A stretch of DNA of 64,000 nucleotides from Eledone cirrhosa (lineage: Eukaryota): assembly GCA_964016885.1 (NCBI GenBank), contig OZ024740.1, positions 131,068,001 to 131,132,000 of the forward strand. The letters run 5' to 3'. Position numbers and translations under genes: made by a program. The notes under the pieces are model-generated. The model had not been told where the DNA came from. It made no database searches and saw only the letters and a program-made list of their open reading frames with translations. Position 1 is the first letter of the stretch. Every line of letters starts with the position of its first letter. This document shows positions 13,132-27,700 of the stretch, one piece after another.

Positions 13132-14283
13132 TTACAGATATATACTCAGAGTAGGCCCATTCGCTCGGGCCATTCTTGCTTCTCTCACCCATCTTTCAAC
13201 AAAATGCTGGGAAGAGAGCACTTCCCTCTCTACTCTGATTTTCCTTTTCAAATGAAATTTGAAAAAGTCAATCAGAGCATCACCGAAGAGGTAAGTGCTC
13301 GTCTTCAGCCCTTTCAAACGTGTCCACCATACTATCTCTTTCGCCATGGCCACCAGACAGATAAAAACTGCCTGCCCTTCCCGGCTAAAGGAGGAGGGCG
13401 GGGCAATCCTCACAATGGACTCAGGTGATAGCCGGATCCGTCCTAAACGCGACAGCAGGTGTTCGACATAAACCCACAAGTCAGCAATTTTCGGACACTG
13501 GACTAGTGCGTGCAGGACGGTTTCGTCGCCCTGCTCGCATCTCGGACTTGCCCGGCTGACGGCACCTTCATGCCTGTAGAGTTTATCCCGAACTGGTAAG
13601 TCTCCTCGGTAGCACTGCCAGGCCAGAGATTTCTGGAAGATGTCCATAGGCCCTGGCCCGAAAGTTCTTCCGAAGAGATTGGCTAGTTGATTTTCGTCGA
13701 CGCCTAGATTTTCCCCAAGTACGTCGTCGCTCTTCCTCTCAACTAATCCTCTATAGAACGCCAAGGTGGAGTTTCTACCGATCACATTGCCCGATTGGGC
13801 GAGGGCTGTGAGCGCCTGAATACATTCCAGTCTCCAGGCGCTCCCTCTCGGTCTTCGCTTGACCCAGGACTGCAGCTCCGTCAAGGAAACGAGCTGGGGA
13901 AATACGTGTCTAGCAAACGGCGACCACACCTGATCACCGTTGAGGAAGAGGTGGAGATGTCGTAGCCTGAGCGCGTGCCTGCGCATCATCAGCCACGGCA
14001 TGCCCAGCCCTCCACGTAGCGGGTGTTGACAACAGATGGTTCGCATGACCATCGGAGCGCGTCCCTTCCACAAAAAGCGAAAGAGCAAACGCTCCAGCGC
14101 AGTCTGGCGAGGCTTAGGACAAGGTACGACGGTCAGGCGGTAGCAGATGACAGACGCAATGTACGCGTTAGCCACCTCCGCTCTACCTTTCAGGGATAGG
14201 TTCCCCTCCGCCCATTTCTGGGTGAGATAAGCCACCCTGCTCGTCACCTCGTCCCAGTTTTTTGTCCGTCTGGAGGTCCGCAC
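13132..14283 (-). pseudogene. Tx1 ORF2 post-RT region and C-terminal zinc finger
   Basis: LSLKGRAEVAN, FLWKG, PLRGGLG and degenerate CCHC motifs. Confidence 0.88.
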
Positions 14284-15457
14284 CGAACCAGACCCCTATC
14301 AATTTAACCGGTCCGTGCGTCCAGCGACCGACGACGCTGTTGGACGGCATGGACCTGCCTCTCCAGGTGCCGAGCTGCAGGCCCACTGACTTTTCCTGGT
14401 TGATCATTGCTCCTGTCACCGCTTCGTATTCTCTTAGTGTAGTGCCGATCGCCTCGATATGTTTGGCGTTCGACACCACTACCGTGACATCGTCCGCATA
14501 TGCTGACACGGATCTCCCGCATCCTAGTTCGCGCGGGATGCCCCTCAACGTCTCCAGTTTGTGCAGTAATGGCTCGAGAGTCAATACGTACAAGAGGGAC
14601 GAGAGGGGACATCATTGGCGGACCGAGTGCATGATGTTGAACGGTTCCGACAGGTGACCGTTCACTCTCACCACAGAGCAGATGTCGCTATGCATGGCAG
14701 CGATCCAGCCTCTGAAGACGGGCCCAAAGCCAGCCGCCCTCAGGACTGCCGCTAGGTAACGATGGTCGACCCTATCGAAAACTTTCAACTGATCCAAATT
14801 GATCAAGGACCCACCCGTGCAGGATCCCTAGCTACCCTATCTACGATGTATCGCATGAGGTGTAGGTAGTCGTGGATGGATCTGTCAGGAATGGCGCAAG
14901 ACTGCGCCTCTCCCACCAGACCACCAACGACAAGCGCCAACCTCTTTGCTAGCACCTTGGCCAAAATCTTGAACTCTGTGTTTAGCAGAGTTATGGGCCG
15001 GAAATTATCTATGTTATTCCCGCTTGTTCGGATCCTTTCTCAGCAGTGCCACCGCTCCTCGGCTCACAGAACTGGGAATTCTCCAGTTCTATTGCCAGTT
15101 GCAGTAGACGTCCGCCAAGAGGCCTCCGAACAAGTCTGGCATCTGGACGTAAAGTTCATAAGGCAGACCATCCAAACCAAGCGATTTACCGCTTGTGCAG
15201 TCAGTCATTGCCTCCCTTACTTCAGCGGCTGTTATCGGCTTTTCGCAACACTTCGCCTCAGTGACCGAGAGCCGCAGCAGTCCGTCGGGGTAGACACTAA
15301 AGTCCATCCCTCGACCCGGCCCACCGCTGCCCCCGAACAGCTGAGCGAAGTGTCGCTGAAAAGCTTCACACATTTGCCCGGGATCGAGTAGCATGCGTCC
15401 GTCGTGGTCCACCAAAGACCGGATCGTGGTTCTGTTGCCACGACGCGCCTCCGCCAA

Positions 15458-16501
15458 TCAGGCCCATTGAACGGCTTTCGTCCCCTCATGTCTGAGAGCA
15501 CGCACCCTTGCTCTGACAACGCAGCCTTCTTGCTTTGCATTGAAGAATTGGTCAAGGACCATTTTCGCCGCAAGCACGTCGGTCGCAATGCCTTTGCTAA
15601 GCGCCTCGTCTAATTTTCTAACTAGTTCTCCATCTGCTCTATTTTTCTCTATTACTAAAGCCTTACTAAACCTAATGGATTCTATTCTAATCGCTCTTTT
15701 CAGAGCATACCACCACTTGTTGTTGACGATGGCGCCCGTCAAGGCCCGCTTAACTAGTTCGCTTATACGGTCTCTGTAGGCCTTGCGCGCTGGTAAGGAC
15801 GCGTTTAGCTTCCAGTAGCCGGGTCCTCGTCTATCAAGCCTATCTAAATCAAGCACACAGATCACGAATTTGTGGTACGTGTAACTGACTATCTTGAATT
15901 GGGGACAGCCTATGCTAGACCTATCTATTTCCCTACAAAATAATCTATCTAGATATGATCTGGATGACCCTATGCGATTTGTCTTAGTCCACATTGGCAC
16001 ATTCGGGAAATCCAATCGGTACCTGTCAAACAGTTCAAAACGGCTGAGCAGGTTGGTGAGGCTCTTGAACCCTCCACCCTTATCCGCTAATCCCACACAG
16101 TCCCAGCGTGCATCTAAGATCCCGTTCCAGTCGCCCACTAACACTAAAAAGCGGGACGTTCCAAGAAAGGTCTCCAGACGCCGTAAGAAATCAGGCCGCC
16201 CTGCTCCTGTCGGGGCATAGACGGCCACTAGCCTGAAAGCTTGCCCGTCTCCGCTGGTCACGTCCAGCACCACCAACTTACCCTCTGAGTGCAGGAAGAT
16301 AGCCCGTATGGCGAGATCCAAACCTCTCCGAAAAAGCACAGCAACTCCTCCCCCGATCCAGGACGGCTGGGATATGTGTACACATCGTAGCCGCCGAAGA
16401 TCGGTGCGAAGGCCCGTGCTTCGGAGATTCTGGTCTCGCTGATGGCCACTACATCTATGTTTAGTAACCTGAGGTCGTTGAGCAGGTGACCCTGCTTCCA
16501 T
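15458..16501 (-). pseudogene. Tx1 ORF2 AP-endonuclease domain fragment
   Basis: GGVAVLF, VAVYAP, LVGDWN, SYLDRLF, PGYWKLNAS motifs. Confidence 0.9.
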
Positions 16502-17069
16502 GACGACCCCAAGCCACGCGCATTTATGCTTCCTATACTGAGTGAGGTTATGTTGAAAAGGAGTGGAAAAGATGGGAAATACCTCTTACCTTACTTCTCG
16601 TAGGGGAAGGACGGTTTTTCCATCCTTTTCACTGCTTGTGGCCTCCTCAGGAAGGATGTCCTTATAAATCCTCCTGGAGAGTGCTTGCCGGAAGTCTCCG
16701 ATGTCTTTGGGTAATTTTTGTATTACTGTCATGTACGTTTTCTGTGTCATGCGAGTGATTTGTATGTGTGAAGGTGGTGTGAATTTTGGGGTTGTTGTGT
16801 AGTCTTTTTCTGTGATGCTGGTGTTGTGTTGGATGTAGTGTAATAATTGCTTGTTGTTCAAATTTAATGCTGTGTAGTGTGTATCGTTTTGGTTGTTTTG
16901 TTTTGTTTGCGTTTGTTGTGGGTTTGTTCTGTTTCACATTTTGGTGACTTTTGTGGTGTAGGTGATGGTGGTGTTGGGGTTAATGATGGTGATGGTGTTG
17001 GTGTTTGGGTTGATGGGGTTGGTGATGCTGGTGTGGATGGTGGCATATCTGTCCTAACTTTTTTGTTTG

Positions 17070-18068
17070 TTAATTTATTTGTTTCCCTCTGTATTTTGTT
17101 TTTGGAGGGGGAAGGAAGAGAATTTTTTCTTTTTTGGTTTCTTTTTTTTTTCCTGATACCGTTTCCCACTCCTCGTTGTCACAATCTGTCTCCAGTTGTG
17201 ATAGGCCGGGGAGTGGAAAATCCTCCACAGGCGTTAGTTTTGGTTGTGTCGTGGTGGATGGTGTAGGCGCTGGTGCTAGTTCTGAAGCTTTGGGCGGTGG
17301 TGGTGTTGGTTTTGCTGGTGGTGGTGGTGTTCGTTTTGCTACTGTTGCTGGGTTTGTTGCTGTTATAGTTGCTTCTGTTGTTGCTGCTACAGTTGTTGCT
17401 GCCATCTCTGCTACTGGTGGTGTTGATGGTTGTGTCACTGGGGTGGGTAGGAGAGGTGGCCTCAACCTTTTAGCCTGAGGGCAGAAAGCCCTTAGGTGGG
17501 TTCCTTCACCACAAACAACACACCTAGGCCTTCTGCCCTCGACAATTACGGTGAGGTGGCTGCCGTCAGTGAGGTCTATTACCTCTGGGACCTCCTCAAT
17601 GTATTTTTGGTCCGCTTGGATCAGGAGCCCCATCCCAGATCCGGACCAGTACTCCTGCTTTTCTTTTGCTGTTGCTATTATCTTTGTGTTGGCTTCGATG
17701 CCGGCGAGGACGGCCGCTATTAGCCAGGGAATTTCGATGGCCGGTGGAACGTGGGTCACCCTGATCTTTACGAGTCTCTGGCCACAATAGCTTGGGACGA
17801 GTGTGAAGTCGTCACTTCTTAATGGGGCCATGGAGTGTTCTCTAGCCTCCTCTGGTGTTTCAAAGAACACGTCCACGGTTCCATACTTCTTCCCACGTCT
17901 GATGTGGGTTTTTCTTGGCCACACATGTCCCAAAGCTTTTTCGATTTGGGACTCGGATGCCCGTCCCACTCGGTGCGATTTTACATTTATTGTTCGATAC
18001 GATACGGTGTATCGGCGCCGATGCTCCATTTTATTAGGTGGGGGGGGGGGGGCTGACCCTGTATCCAT
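17070..18068 (-). pseudogene. Tx1 T1 ORF1 core (RRM-like region, CX2CX4HX4C knuckle, Pro/Thr-rich linker)
   Basis: RRPRCVVCGEGTHLRAFCP; upstream VKIRVTHVPP segment typical of L1/Tx1 ORF1. Confidence 0.82.
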
Positions 18069-18769
18069 CTTTCTTTACCATTTGTTTGGCATTTTCTAAA
18101 TCCTCCTGAGTTACCGTAAATGCTTCGAACTGTTTTGCTACTCTGGCAAAACTCAGGGTGGTTTTTTTTAATGTCATTGTTGTTGTTGCTATCGTTATTT
18201 TTGTTATTATTAATTTTAGTTTCAGTTGTGGTGGTGGTGACGTCAGTGGTGTTCGGTGTGGAAGCAGAAGAGTCCATTTTGGTTGAAATTATTTTTCCTT
18301 TTGTTTCTGTTGTCGCGGTGGGGCTGGGGGTGGGGGTTGTCGCGGTGGTGACGGTGGTGGTGGTGGAGGCTTTAACACCTGCAGTCATTGGTAATGGCGG
18401 GAAATGAATGTCTGCCTGAGACAAATTTAAAATATTGCTACTGCTTATATTTTTTTTAGTGTTGACAAACGTAGTAACATTTCCAATGGTGGGGTCGGTG
18501 TGAGGTGTTAATTTGTGAGGAAGGTTTTCAGCTGCTTGGTGCAGAGGTGAATTAGCCATTTTTTTTCAAAGAAATTTGTTGATAATCATAAATGTTTAAA
18601 TTTTGGGCACAAGGCCCCAATCGTTTTGGGTGTTCTTCTTCGGAAAACAATGTATGTGCGCTTATATATAGTTAACAATAACAAATTTCCATAAATATCA
18701 ATTTTTAACAAACGGAAATAACAAACCTTTGCGGAGCTCACGATGATACGATTTACTACGTAGGTCGCC

Positions 18770-18793
18770 AATAATAATAATAATAATAATAAT
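18770..18793 (+). repeat. (TAA)n spacer between tandem Tx1 elements
   Basis: Direct reading. Confidence 0.97.
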
Positions 18794-21700
18794 GATTTCT
18801 TTATTGACCACATCAAGAAAAACATCACATACGGAACAGGACGGTACGATGTGGGTTTTGCGCGTGTAAATATTTTTATTTTTTATATAAGAAAAGAAAG
18901 AAGACATAAAACATATATATATATAAACAATAAAATGAAAATTGAAACAATGAAAAATTCCCCAATAGGGAGGAAACCTCCGAGGGTTACTCGTGGCGAA
19001 AACCACACAAAAGACCACGGCCACCCTGACTACCAGGGCAAGCGCCCTCTCTCAATGTTTCCATCTCTCAAACTACAGACGTATATTCAGAGTGGTCCTG
19101 TTCACTCGGACCATTCTCGCTACATTCACCCACCTTTCAACAAACTTGCTAGAAAGCAGCACTTGCCTCTCCACCCTGATTTTCCTCTTCAAGTGAAACT
19201 TGAAAAAGTTAATCAGGGATTCGCCGAAGAGGAAAGTGTTTGTCTTTAATCCTTTTAACCTTGTCCACCACACAATCTCTTTCGCCATGTCCACCAGACA
19301 GATGAAAACCGCCTGCCCTTCCTCCTCAAAGGAAGACGGCGAGACCATCTGCACAATGGACTCAGTCGACAACCGGATCAGTCCCACACGTGACAGCAAC
19401 TTTTCGACATAGCTCCACAAGTCAGCAATGCTCGGGCACTGAACGAGTGCGTGCACAACGGTTTCGTCGCTATGCGCGCATCTCGGACAGGATCGGTTGA
19501 CGGCACTTCCGTGCCTGTAGAACTTATCTCGAACCGGCAGCGCTCCCTCGTAGCACTGCCAGGCCAGGGATTTTTGGAAGTTATCCATAGGCCCCGGGTT
19601 GAAAGTTCTCCGGAAGAGAGCAAGCAGATGATCTTCTTCGACGCCCAGGATCTCTCCGGGAACGTTGTCGCTCTTCCCCTCCACTAGTCCTCTATAGAAC
19701 GCCGAGGTGGATGTTCCGCCGATACTGGTGCCCAACTGGGAGAGGGCAGTGAGCGCCTGGAGACATTCCGGTTCCCAAGCTTTATCTCTCTGTCTTTTTC
19801 TGACCCAGGACTTCAGCTCCGTCAAGGAGACGAGCTGTGGGAAAATCTGCCTGGCGAACGGCGACCACACCTGTTCACCGTCAACGAAGCACCAGAGATG
19901 TCGCAGCCTCAGCACATGTTTGCGCATCATCAGCCATGGCATGCCAAGTCCTCCACGCATCGGGTGTTGACAGCAGATGGAACGTCTGACCATGGGAGCG
20001 TGTCCCTTCCACAAAAAGCGGAAGAGGAGGCGCTCCATTTTGATGAGAGTTGGGCGGGCTGGAGCAAGGGACGACGGTGAGGCGGTAGCAGATGACGGAT
20101 GCGATGTACGCATTTGCCACTTCCGCCCGGCCTTTCAGGGACAGCTTCCTCTCAGCCCATTTCTGGGTGAGGGAGGCCAACCTGCTCGTCACCTCGTTCC
20201 AGTTTTTCTCCATCTGGAGGTCGGGTCCGAACAAGACCCCGAGCAATTTACCGTTCCGTCCGTCCAACGCCCCACCATGCTGTCGGACGGCATGGACTTG
20301 CCTCTCCAGGTGCCTAGCTGCAAGCCCACCGAATTTTCCTGGTTTATCTTTGCTCCTGTCACCGTTTCGTATTCCTTCAGAGCGGTGCCGAGCATCTGGA
20401 CGTGTCTGGTGCTAGACACCACCACGGTGACGTCGTCCGCGTAAGCCGACTCGGATTTCCCGCATCCTAGTTCACGTGAGACGCCCCTCATCGCCCCCAG
20501 TTTGTGCAGTAACGGCTCGAGAGCCAATACGTACAAGAGGGACGAGAGGGGACAACCCTGGCGGAATGAGCGCATGATGCTGAACGGCTGCAAAAGCTGA
20601 CCGTTCACCCTCACAACTGAGCAGATGTCGCTGTACATTGCTGCGATCCAACGCCTGAAACCGGGCCCAAAAGCGGCTGCCTCGAGGACCGCCGCCAGGT
20701 ACCGATATTACCCTATCGAATGCTTTGGATTGATCCAAGTGTATCAGGGCTCCAACCTTGCCAGGTTCCTTAACCACCCTCTCTATGATGTATCGCATGA
20801 GGTGGAGGTTGTCGTGTATGGATCTGTCCGGGATGGCGCATTTCTGCGCCTCTCCCACCAGACCCTTGACGACAAGCGCCAACCTCGTTGCTAACACCTT
20901 GGCCAAAATATTGAACTCTGCGTTCAGCAGAGTTATGGGATCTGAAATTATCAATAACATCCCCCTGGTTCGGGGCTTTTCTCAGCAGCGCCACTGCTCC
21001 CCTGCTCACAAAACTGGGAATGCTGCCGTTCTGCTGCCAGTTGCAGTAGACATCTGCCAAGAGGTCACCGAACAAGTCTGGCATAAATGCATAAAGCTCG
21101 TAGGGCAGACGATCTAAACCTGGCGATTTACCTCTTGTGCAGTTAGCCATCGCTTCCCGTATTTCACCGGCTGTTATTGGCTTTTCGCAACACTGTGCTG
21201 CGGTCGTCGAGAGCCGGGGCAGTCTGTCGAGGTATGCACTGAAGTCCATGTCCCGATCCGGGCCGCCGCCGCTCCCGAACAGTTCAGCAAAGTGCTGCTG
21301 AAGAGCTTCACACTTCCGCTCGTGTTCGAGCATCACGCACTCGTTTTGGTCAGACAAAGACCGAATTGTGGCTTTATTGCCACGTCGCGCCTCTGCCACC
21401 CGGGCCCATTGGACGGCCTTTATCCCCTCGTGGTTCAGAGCACGCGCTCTAGCTCTGACAATGCAGCCTTCGGTTTTGCGTTGAAGAATTGGCCGAGTGC
21501 CAATCTCGCCTCAAGCATGTCGGTTGCGATGCCTGTCCTAAACGTCTCTTCTAGCTTTCTGACTAGCTCTCCCTCTACTCTATTTTCTATCACTACATTT
21601 GCTAAACCTAATCGACTCTACTTTAATTGCCCTTTTCAGGGCGAACCACCACCTGTTGTTGACCACCGCTCCCGTCAACGCCCGTTTAACTAATACACTA

Positions 21701-24700
21701 ATCCGGTCTCTGTAGGCCTTGCGCGCCGGCAAAGAGGCGTTCAGCTTCCAGTAATCAGGCCCTTGTTTATGAAGTCTGTCTATGTCGATCTCACAGATCA
21801 CAAATTTGTGGTCTGTGTAGTCGACTATTTTAAATTGTGGACAACTTATACTAGCCTTATCTAGTTCCCTGCAGAATACTCTATCTAGATACGATCTGGA
21901 AGACCCGATGCGGTTTGTCAATGTCCATATTGGCACATTCGGGTGATCCAGTCGATACCTGTCTGACAGTTCAAAACATCTGAGCAGATTGGTGAGGCTC
22001 TTGCACCCTCCTCCCCTATCCACTAGCCCCACACGATCCCAGCGTGCATCCAAGATACCGTTCAAGTCGCCCACTAACACTAAAGAGCGGGACGTTCCAA
22101 GAAATATCTCTAGACGTCTGAAGAAATCTGGCGGTCCTGCCCCTGTTGGGGCGTAGACAGCTACTAGCCTGAAAGCATTGCCTTCGCTGCCGGTCACGTC
22201 CAGCACCACCGACTTACCTTCTGGGTCCAGGAACATGGCCCGTATCGCGAGATCCAAGCCTCTCCGAAAAAGGACGGCAACCCCTCCCCCCAATCCTGGA
22301 CGACTGGTAGATGCGTATACATCGTAGCCGCCGAAGATCGGTGCGAATGCCCGTGCCTCGGAGATTCTGGTTTCACTGATGGCCACCACATCTATGTTTA
22401 GTTTCTGAGGTAATTCGGTGACCCTGCTTCCAAGATGACCCCAGGCCACTTGCATTTATACTGCCTATTCTGAGTACAGCCATGTTGGATGAGAAACGGG
22501 GCAAATGAGAAAGGGTCACTTACCTTGTTCGTGTGGTGAAGGGACAGTAGAACCGTCCATTTCGCTGGTCATGGGTGTTTCCAAGAGGATGTCAGTGTAT
22601 ATCCTCTTGGTAACCGTCCCTCTGAAGTCTCCAACTGCGTTGGGGAATTTTTGTTTTAAAGGTTTGTGTTGTTCTATTGAGATTTCTATGACGCTTATGT
22701 TTGTCGGGAGAGTTCTTGGTGTTGGTGGGGTGTAGTAATTTTTTCCGTGATGTCTGTGTGCTTCTTTATATATGTTATGAGTTCTTTTTTGTATGTTTAT
22801 GGCTGTGTACTTTTTGAGGGGAGGGTTGATTTTGTTGCCGTTTTCTTCTTGTTGCTGTTTGGTGTGTGTGTCTTGTTGTGTTTGCGTTGTTGGTGTTTGT
22901 GGTGGTGTTGCTGCAAGTTTCCTTGCTGCCTTTACCCCTCTTTGTATGCCTTCGATTTTGGAGGGTGAATCTAAGGGTTTTTTCATTTTTCTTTTTTGTG
23001 GCAGACTGTTTGCCACGTCACTCCCGCCTCAAACTCCATGTCGGATTCTGTGGCGTCTGGGAAGCGTATGCTCCACGGCTGTTGGTGGTGGTAGTGGAGC
23101 CCTCTTCGGCAATGTTGTTGCTGGTGTAGCTATTTCAAATGTAGCTATTGGTGTTGCCGCTACTGATGATGCTGCTTTAGTTATCCGTGGCCTTGGTACG
23201 GGTGCTACGTACGTTGCCGTCCTACTCACCGTGGAAGGGGCTTCTTCGTGTGTTGCCTTCCTGCTCTTGGTAGCAGCGGACCAGGTTTTGGAAGGCCCTC
23301 TTCGGTGTCTTCTGCGGGCAAAAGGCCCTGAGGTGACCTTTCGACCCACAGTGATAACATTTTGGCCGCCTTCCTTCTACACTTATAGGGAGTTGGAGTC
23401 CTTCCTCAAAGTCTATGATATCGGGGATAGCCTCGATACATTCCTGGTCAGTTTGTATAAGCATTTGCATGCCTATACCTGACCAGTTCTCTCTCCCTAT
23501 TTTTCTACTTGCATCATGGTCGCCCTGTTCTCAATTCCAGCAAGGACAGACGCCGCCAGCCAAGGTATGGGCACGTCGGGTGGGACCTGGGTCACTTTGA
23601 CCCTTACAATTTTCTGCCCGCAGTAGGAGGGCACCAAGACTAACTCCTCACTATTTAGGGTTTCCAAAGTGTGAGACTTTGCTTCCTGGGGGTGGCGAAA
23701 AGTACGTATACTGTGGCGTACTTTCTGCCTCGTGTGATGTGGGTTTTGCGTGCCCAGACGCACCCCAAGGCCTTTTGGATTTGAGCCTCCGTGGCTCTCT
23801 CCACTCGATGTGAGATTTTGCTTACGGTGCGGTAAGTCACCGTTCGTAGCTGCTGGTCCTTGACAAAATCGGGTGGAGGTTTCAAGGAAACTCTATTTGC
23901 GCTTCTTGTCACCATGGCCCTTGCGCCTACCATCTCCTCCTCTGTGACTAACACTGTCTCGATATATCGGGCGACACCTGCAAAATAAGTGGTCCCTTTT
24001 TCACCAGCAACACTATTGCTGCCGCTACTGGTCTTACTGGTGGTGCTGAGGTCGCTATTACAGGTACAGTGTCATTGTTGTTCTTTTCGCTGGTACAGTT
24101 GTTGGTGTTGTTTTCGTTGATACTGTTGCTGCCGTTACTGTTATTGTGGCTGTTGTTATTATTGTTGTTTTTGTTGATACTGTTCCTACTATTATTGTTG
24201 TTGTGGCTGTTGTTATTGTCATTGTTATTGTCATTCTCGACCTTACTGCTTTTATTTTTCTTATTGTCGTTCTCGACCTTACCGCTGTTATATTTGTTAT
24301 TGTCGTTCTCGACTTTACCGCTGTTATTTTTGGTGTTGTTGTTGGTGATGTTGTTGGTGTTATTGTTGGTGTTGTTTGTGTTAAAAATATTTGTTAATTT
24401 TAAATCTGCAACACTCTTTTTTTCCTTTGTAATATTTTTATTTATATTTACCTCCGCTGGAACGCTGTCTTTTTGACATGCTGATAAAGTCTCCCTCTCT
24501 CTGTGTTGTCTGACAGCGCTCTCGCTCTTTTTTGTGTTATCCATGTTGAAATTTTTCAAAAAATGTTTTTATAACAAATACGAATACGACACTCCGTAAT
24601 GAGGTGCCGTATTATGTACTAGTCAACCCCTGTATTAGGTGGGTCACTTCTTCTAAACTTTTATCAAATTTAAAACTTAAATAAAAGGTTTAGAACAGTT

Positions 24701-24762
24701 GAAAAAGGTAAAACGTTGAAAAAGACTGGAGGCGATAAGAAGCGTGGCTTAACCAACCAATC
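18794..24762 (-). mobile_element. Tx1-like element type T2, full-length, divergent from T1, frameshifted
   Basis: Asn-rich ORF1 N-terminus (23948-24559), CYHCGSKGHLRAFC knuckle, APE 21580-22455, RT QGCPLS/YADD 20189-20638, C-terminus 19073-20113. Confidence 0.92.
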
Positions 24763-24779
24763 ATAATAATAATAATAAT
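24763..24779 (+). repeat. (TAA)n spacer
   Basis: Direct reading. Confidence 0.95.
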
Positions 24780-27700
24780 GATTTATTTATTAACCACAAG
24801 GGTCTACATAAAGTAGACATTAAGGACAGTGCAGGACAAAACAGGACGGTACAAATGGGCATTTCAGCGTGTAAAAAACAAAAACAGAGGATGTAACAAA
24901 AAAATAACAATGAACAATTCCCCAATAGGGGGGGGGGAGACTTCGGAGGGACATTTGTGGAGAAAGCCCAGTAAAAGGCCACAGTGACCCTGACCACCAA
25001 GTAAGTGCCCTCTCCCAGTTTTCCACCTTTAATTTACAGATACGTACTGAGAGTAGGCCCATTCACTCGGGTCCTTCTTGCTTCTCTCACCAATCTTTTA
25101 ACAAAATGCTGGGAAGAGAGCACTTCCCTCTCTACCCTGATTTTCCTTTTCAAATGAAATTTGAAAAAGTTAATCAGGGCATCACCGAAGAGGTAAGTGC
25201 TCGTCTTCAGCCCTTTCAAACGTGTCCCCCATACTATCTCTTTCGCCATGGCCACCAGACAGATAAAAACTGCCTGCCCTTCCCGGCTAAAGGAAGAGGG
25301 CGGAGCAATCCTCACGATGGACTCAGGTGATAGCCGGATCCGTCCTACACGCGACAGCAGGTGTTCGACATAAACCCACAGGTCAGCAATTTTCGGAAAC
25401 TGGACGAGTGCGTGCAGGACGGTTTCGTTGCCCTGCGCGCATCTCGGACATGCTCGGCTGACAGCACCTCCATGCATGTAGAGTTTATCCCGAACTGGCA
25501 AGGCTCCTCGGTAGCACTGCCAAGCCAGAGATTTCTGGAAGTTGTCCATAGGTCCCGGCCCGAAAGTTCTTCCGAAAAGATTGGCTAGTTGATTTTCGTC
25601 GACGCCTAGAGTTTCCCCAAGTACGTCGTCGTTCTTCCCCTCAACTAATTCTCTATAGAACGCCGATGTGGAGTTTCCACCGATCACATTGCCCGATTGG
25701 TCGAGGGCTGTGAGTGCCTGAAGACATTCCAGTCTCCGAGCGCTCACTCTCGGTCTTCGCTTGACCCAGGACTGCAGCTCCGTCAAGGAAACGAGCTGGG
25801 GAAATACGTGTCTAGAAAACGGCAGCCACACCTGATAACCGTCGAGGAAGAGGTGGAGATGTCGTAGCCTGAGCGCGTGTCTGCGAATCATCAGCCACGG
25901 CATGCCCAGCCCTCCACGTAGCGGGTGTTGACAGCTGATGGACCGTTTGACCATCGGAGCGCGTCCCTTCCACAAAAAGCGAAAGAGCAAACGCTCCAGC
26001 GCAGTCAGGCGGGGCTTAGGACAAGGTACGACGACTGTCAGGCGGTAGCAGATGACAAACGCGATGTACGCATTAGCCACCTCCGCTCGACCTTTCAGGG
26101 ATAGCTTCCTCTCGGCCCATTTCTGGGTGAGAAAAGCCACCCTGCTCGTCACCTCGTCCCAGTTTCTGTCCGTCTGGAGGTCCGGACCGAAACAGACCCC
26201 TAGCAATTCAAACGGTCCGTCCGTCCTGCGTCCGACGACCCTGTTGAACGGCATGGACCTGCCTCTCCAGGTGCCGAGCTGCAGGCCCACTGACATTTCC
26301 TGGTTGATTATTGCTCCTGTCACCGCTTCGTATTCTCTTAGTGTAGTGCCGATCGCCTCGATGTGTTTGGCGTTCGACACCACTACGGTGACATCGTCCG
26401 CATATGCTGACACGGATCTTCCGCATCCAGGTTCGCGTGGGACGACCCTCAACGTCTCCAGTTTGTGCAGTAATGGCTCGAGAGTCAATACGTACAAGAG
26501 GGACGAGAGGGGACATCCTTGTCGGATCGAGCGCACGAGGTTGAACGGTTCCGAAAGGTGACTGTTCACAGTCACCACAGAGCAAATGTCGCTGTGCACG
26601 GCAGCGATCCAGCCTCTGAAGACGGGCCCAAAAGCAGCCGACCTCAGGACTGCCGCTATGTAACGATGGTCAACCTTATCGAAAGCGTTCGACTGATCTA
26701 AATTGATCAAGGACCCACCGGTGCCGGGTTCCCTAGCTACCCTCTCTACGATGTATCGCATGCGGTGGATGTTGTCGTGGATGGATCTGTCGGGAATGGT
26801 GCAAGTCTGCGCCTCTCCCACCAGACCACCAACGACAAGCGCCAACCTCTTTGCTAGCACCTTGGCCAACTTTTTGAACTCTGTGTTTAGCAGCGTTATG
26901 GGCCTGAAATTATCTATGTTATCCCCTTATTCGGATCCTTTCTCAGCAGTGACACCGCTCCTCGGCTCACGGAGCTTGTGCAGCCAGTCATTGCCTCCCG
27001 TACTTCAGCGGCTGTTATCGGCTTTTCGCAACACTCCGTCTCAGTGGCCGAGAGCCGGGGCAGTCCCTCGAGGTAGACACTAAAGTCCGTCCCTCGTCCC
27101 GGCCCACCGCTGCCCCCGAACAGCTGAGCGAAGTGTCGCTGAAAAGCTTCACACATTTGCCCGGGATCGAGTAGCATGCGCCCATCGTGGCCCACCAAAG
27201 ACCGGATCGGGGATTTGTTGCCGCGACGCGCCTCCGCCACTCGGGCCCATTGAACAGCTTTCGTCCTCTCGTGTCTGAGAGCACGCACCCTAGCTCTAAC
27301 AACGCAGCCTTCGTGATTTGCATTGAAGAATTGGTCAAGGGCCAAAATCGCCTCAAGCACGTCGGTCGCGATGTCTTTGCTAAGCGCCTCGTCTAATTTT
27401 CTAACTAATTCTCCCTCTGCTCCATTTTTCTCTATTGCTAAAGCCTTACTAAACCTAATGGATTCTATTCTAATCGCTCTTTTCAGAGCAAACCACCACT
27501 TGTTGTTGACGATGGCCCCCGTCAACGCCCGCTTACACTAAAGAGGGGGACGTTCCAAGAAAGGTCTCTAGACGGCTGAAAAATTCAGGCCGCCCTGCTC
27601 CTGTCGGGGCATAGACATCCACTAGCCTGAAAGCTTGCCCGTCTCCGCTGTTCATGTCCAGCACCACCAACTTACCCTCTGGGTCCAGGAATATGCCCCG

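Larger units (their letters stand above)
12883..18769 (-). mobile_element. Tx1-like element type T1, full-length (~5.9 kb), frameshifted
   Basis: ORF1 pieces 18559-16586, APE 16501-15458, RT pieces with YADD (14183-14593), C-terminal CCHC (13132-14283); TAA tracts on both sides. Confidence 0.93.
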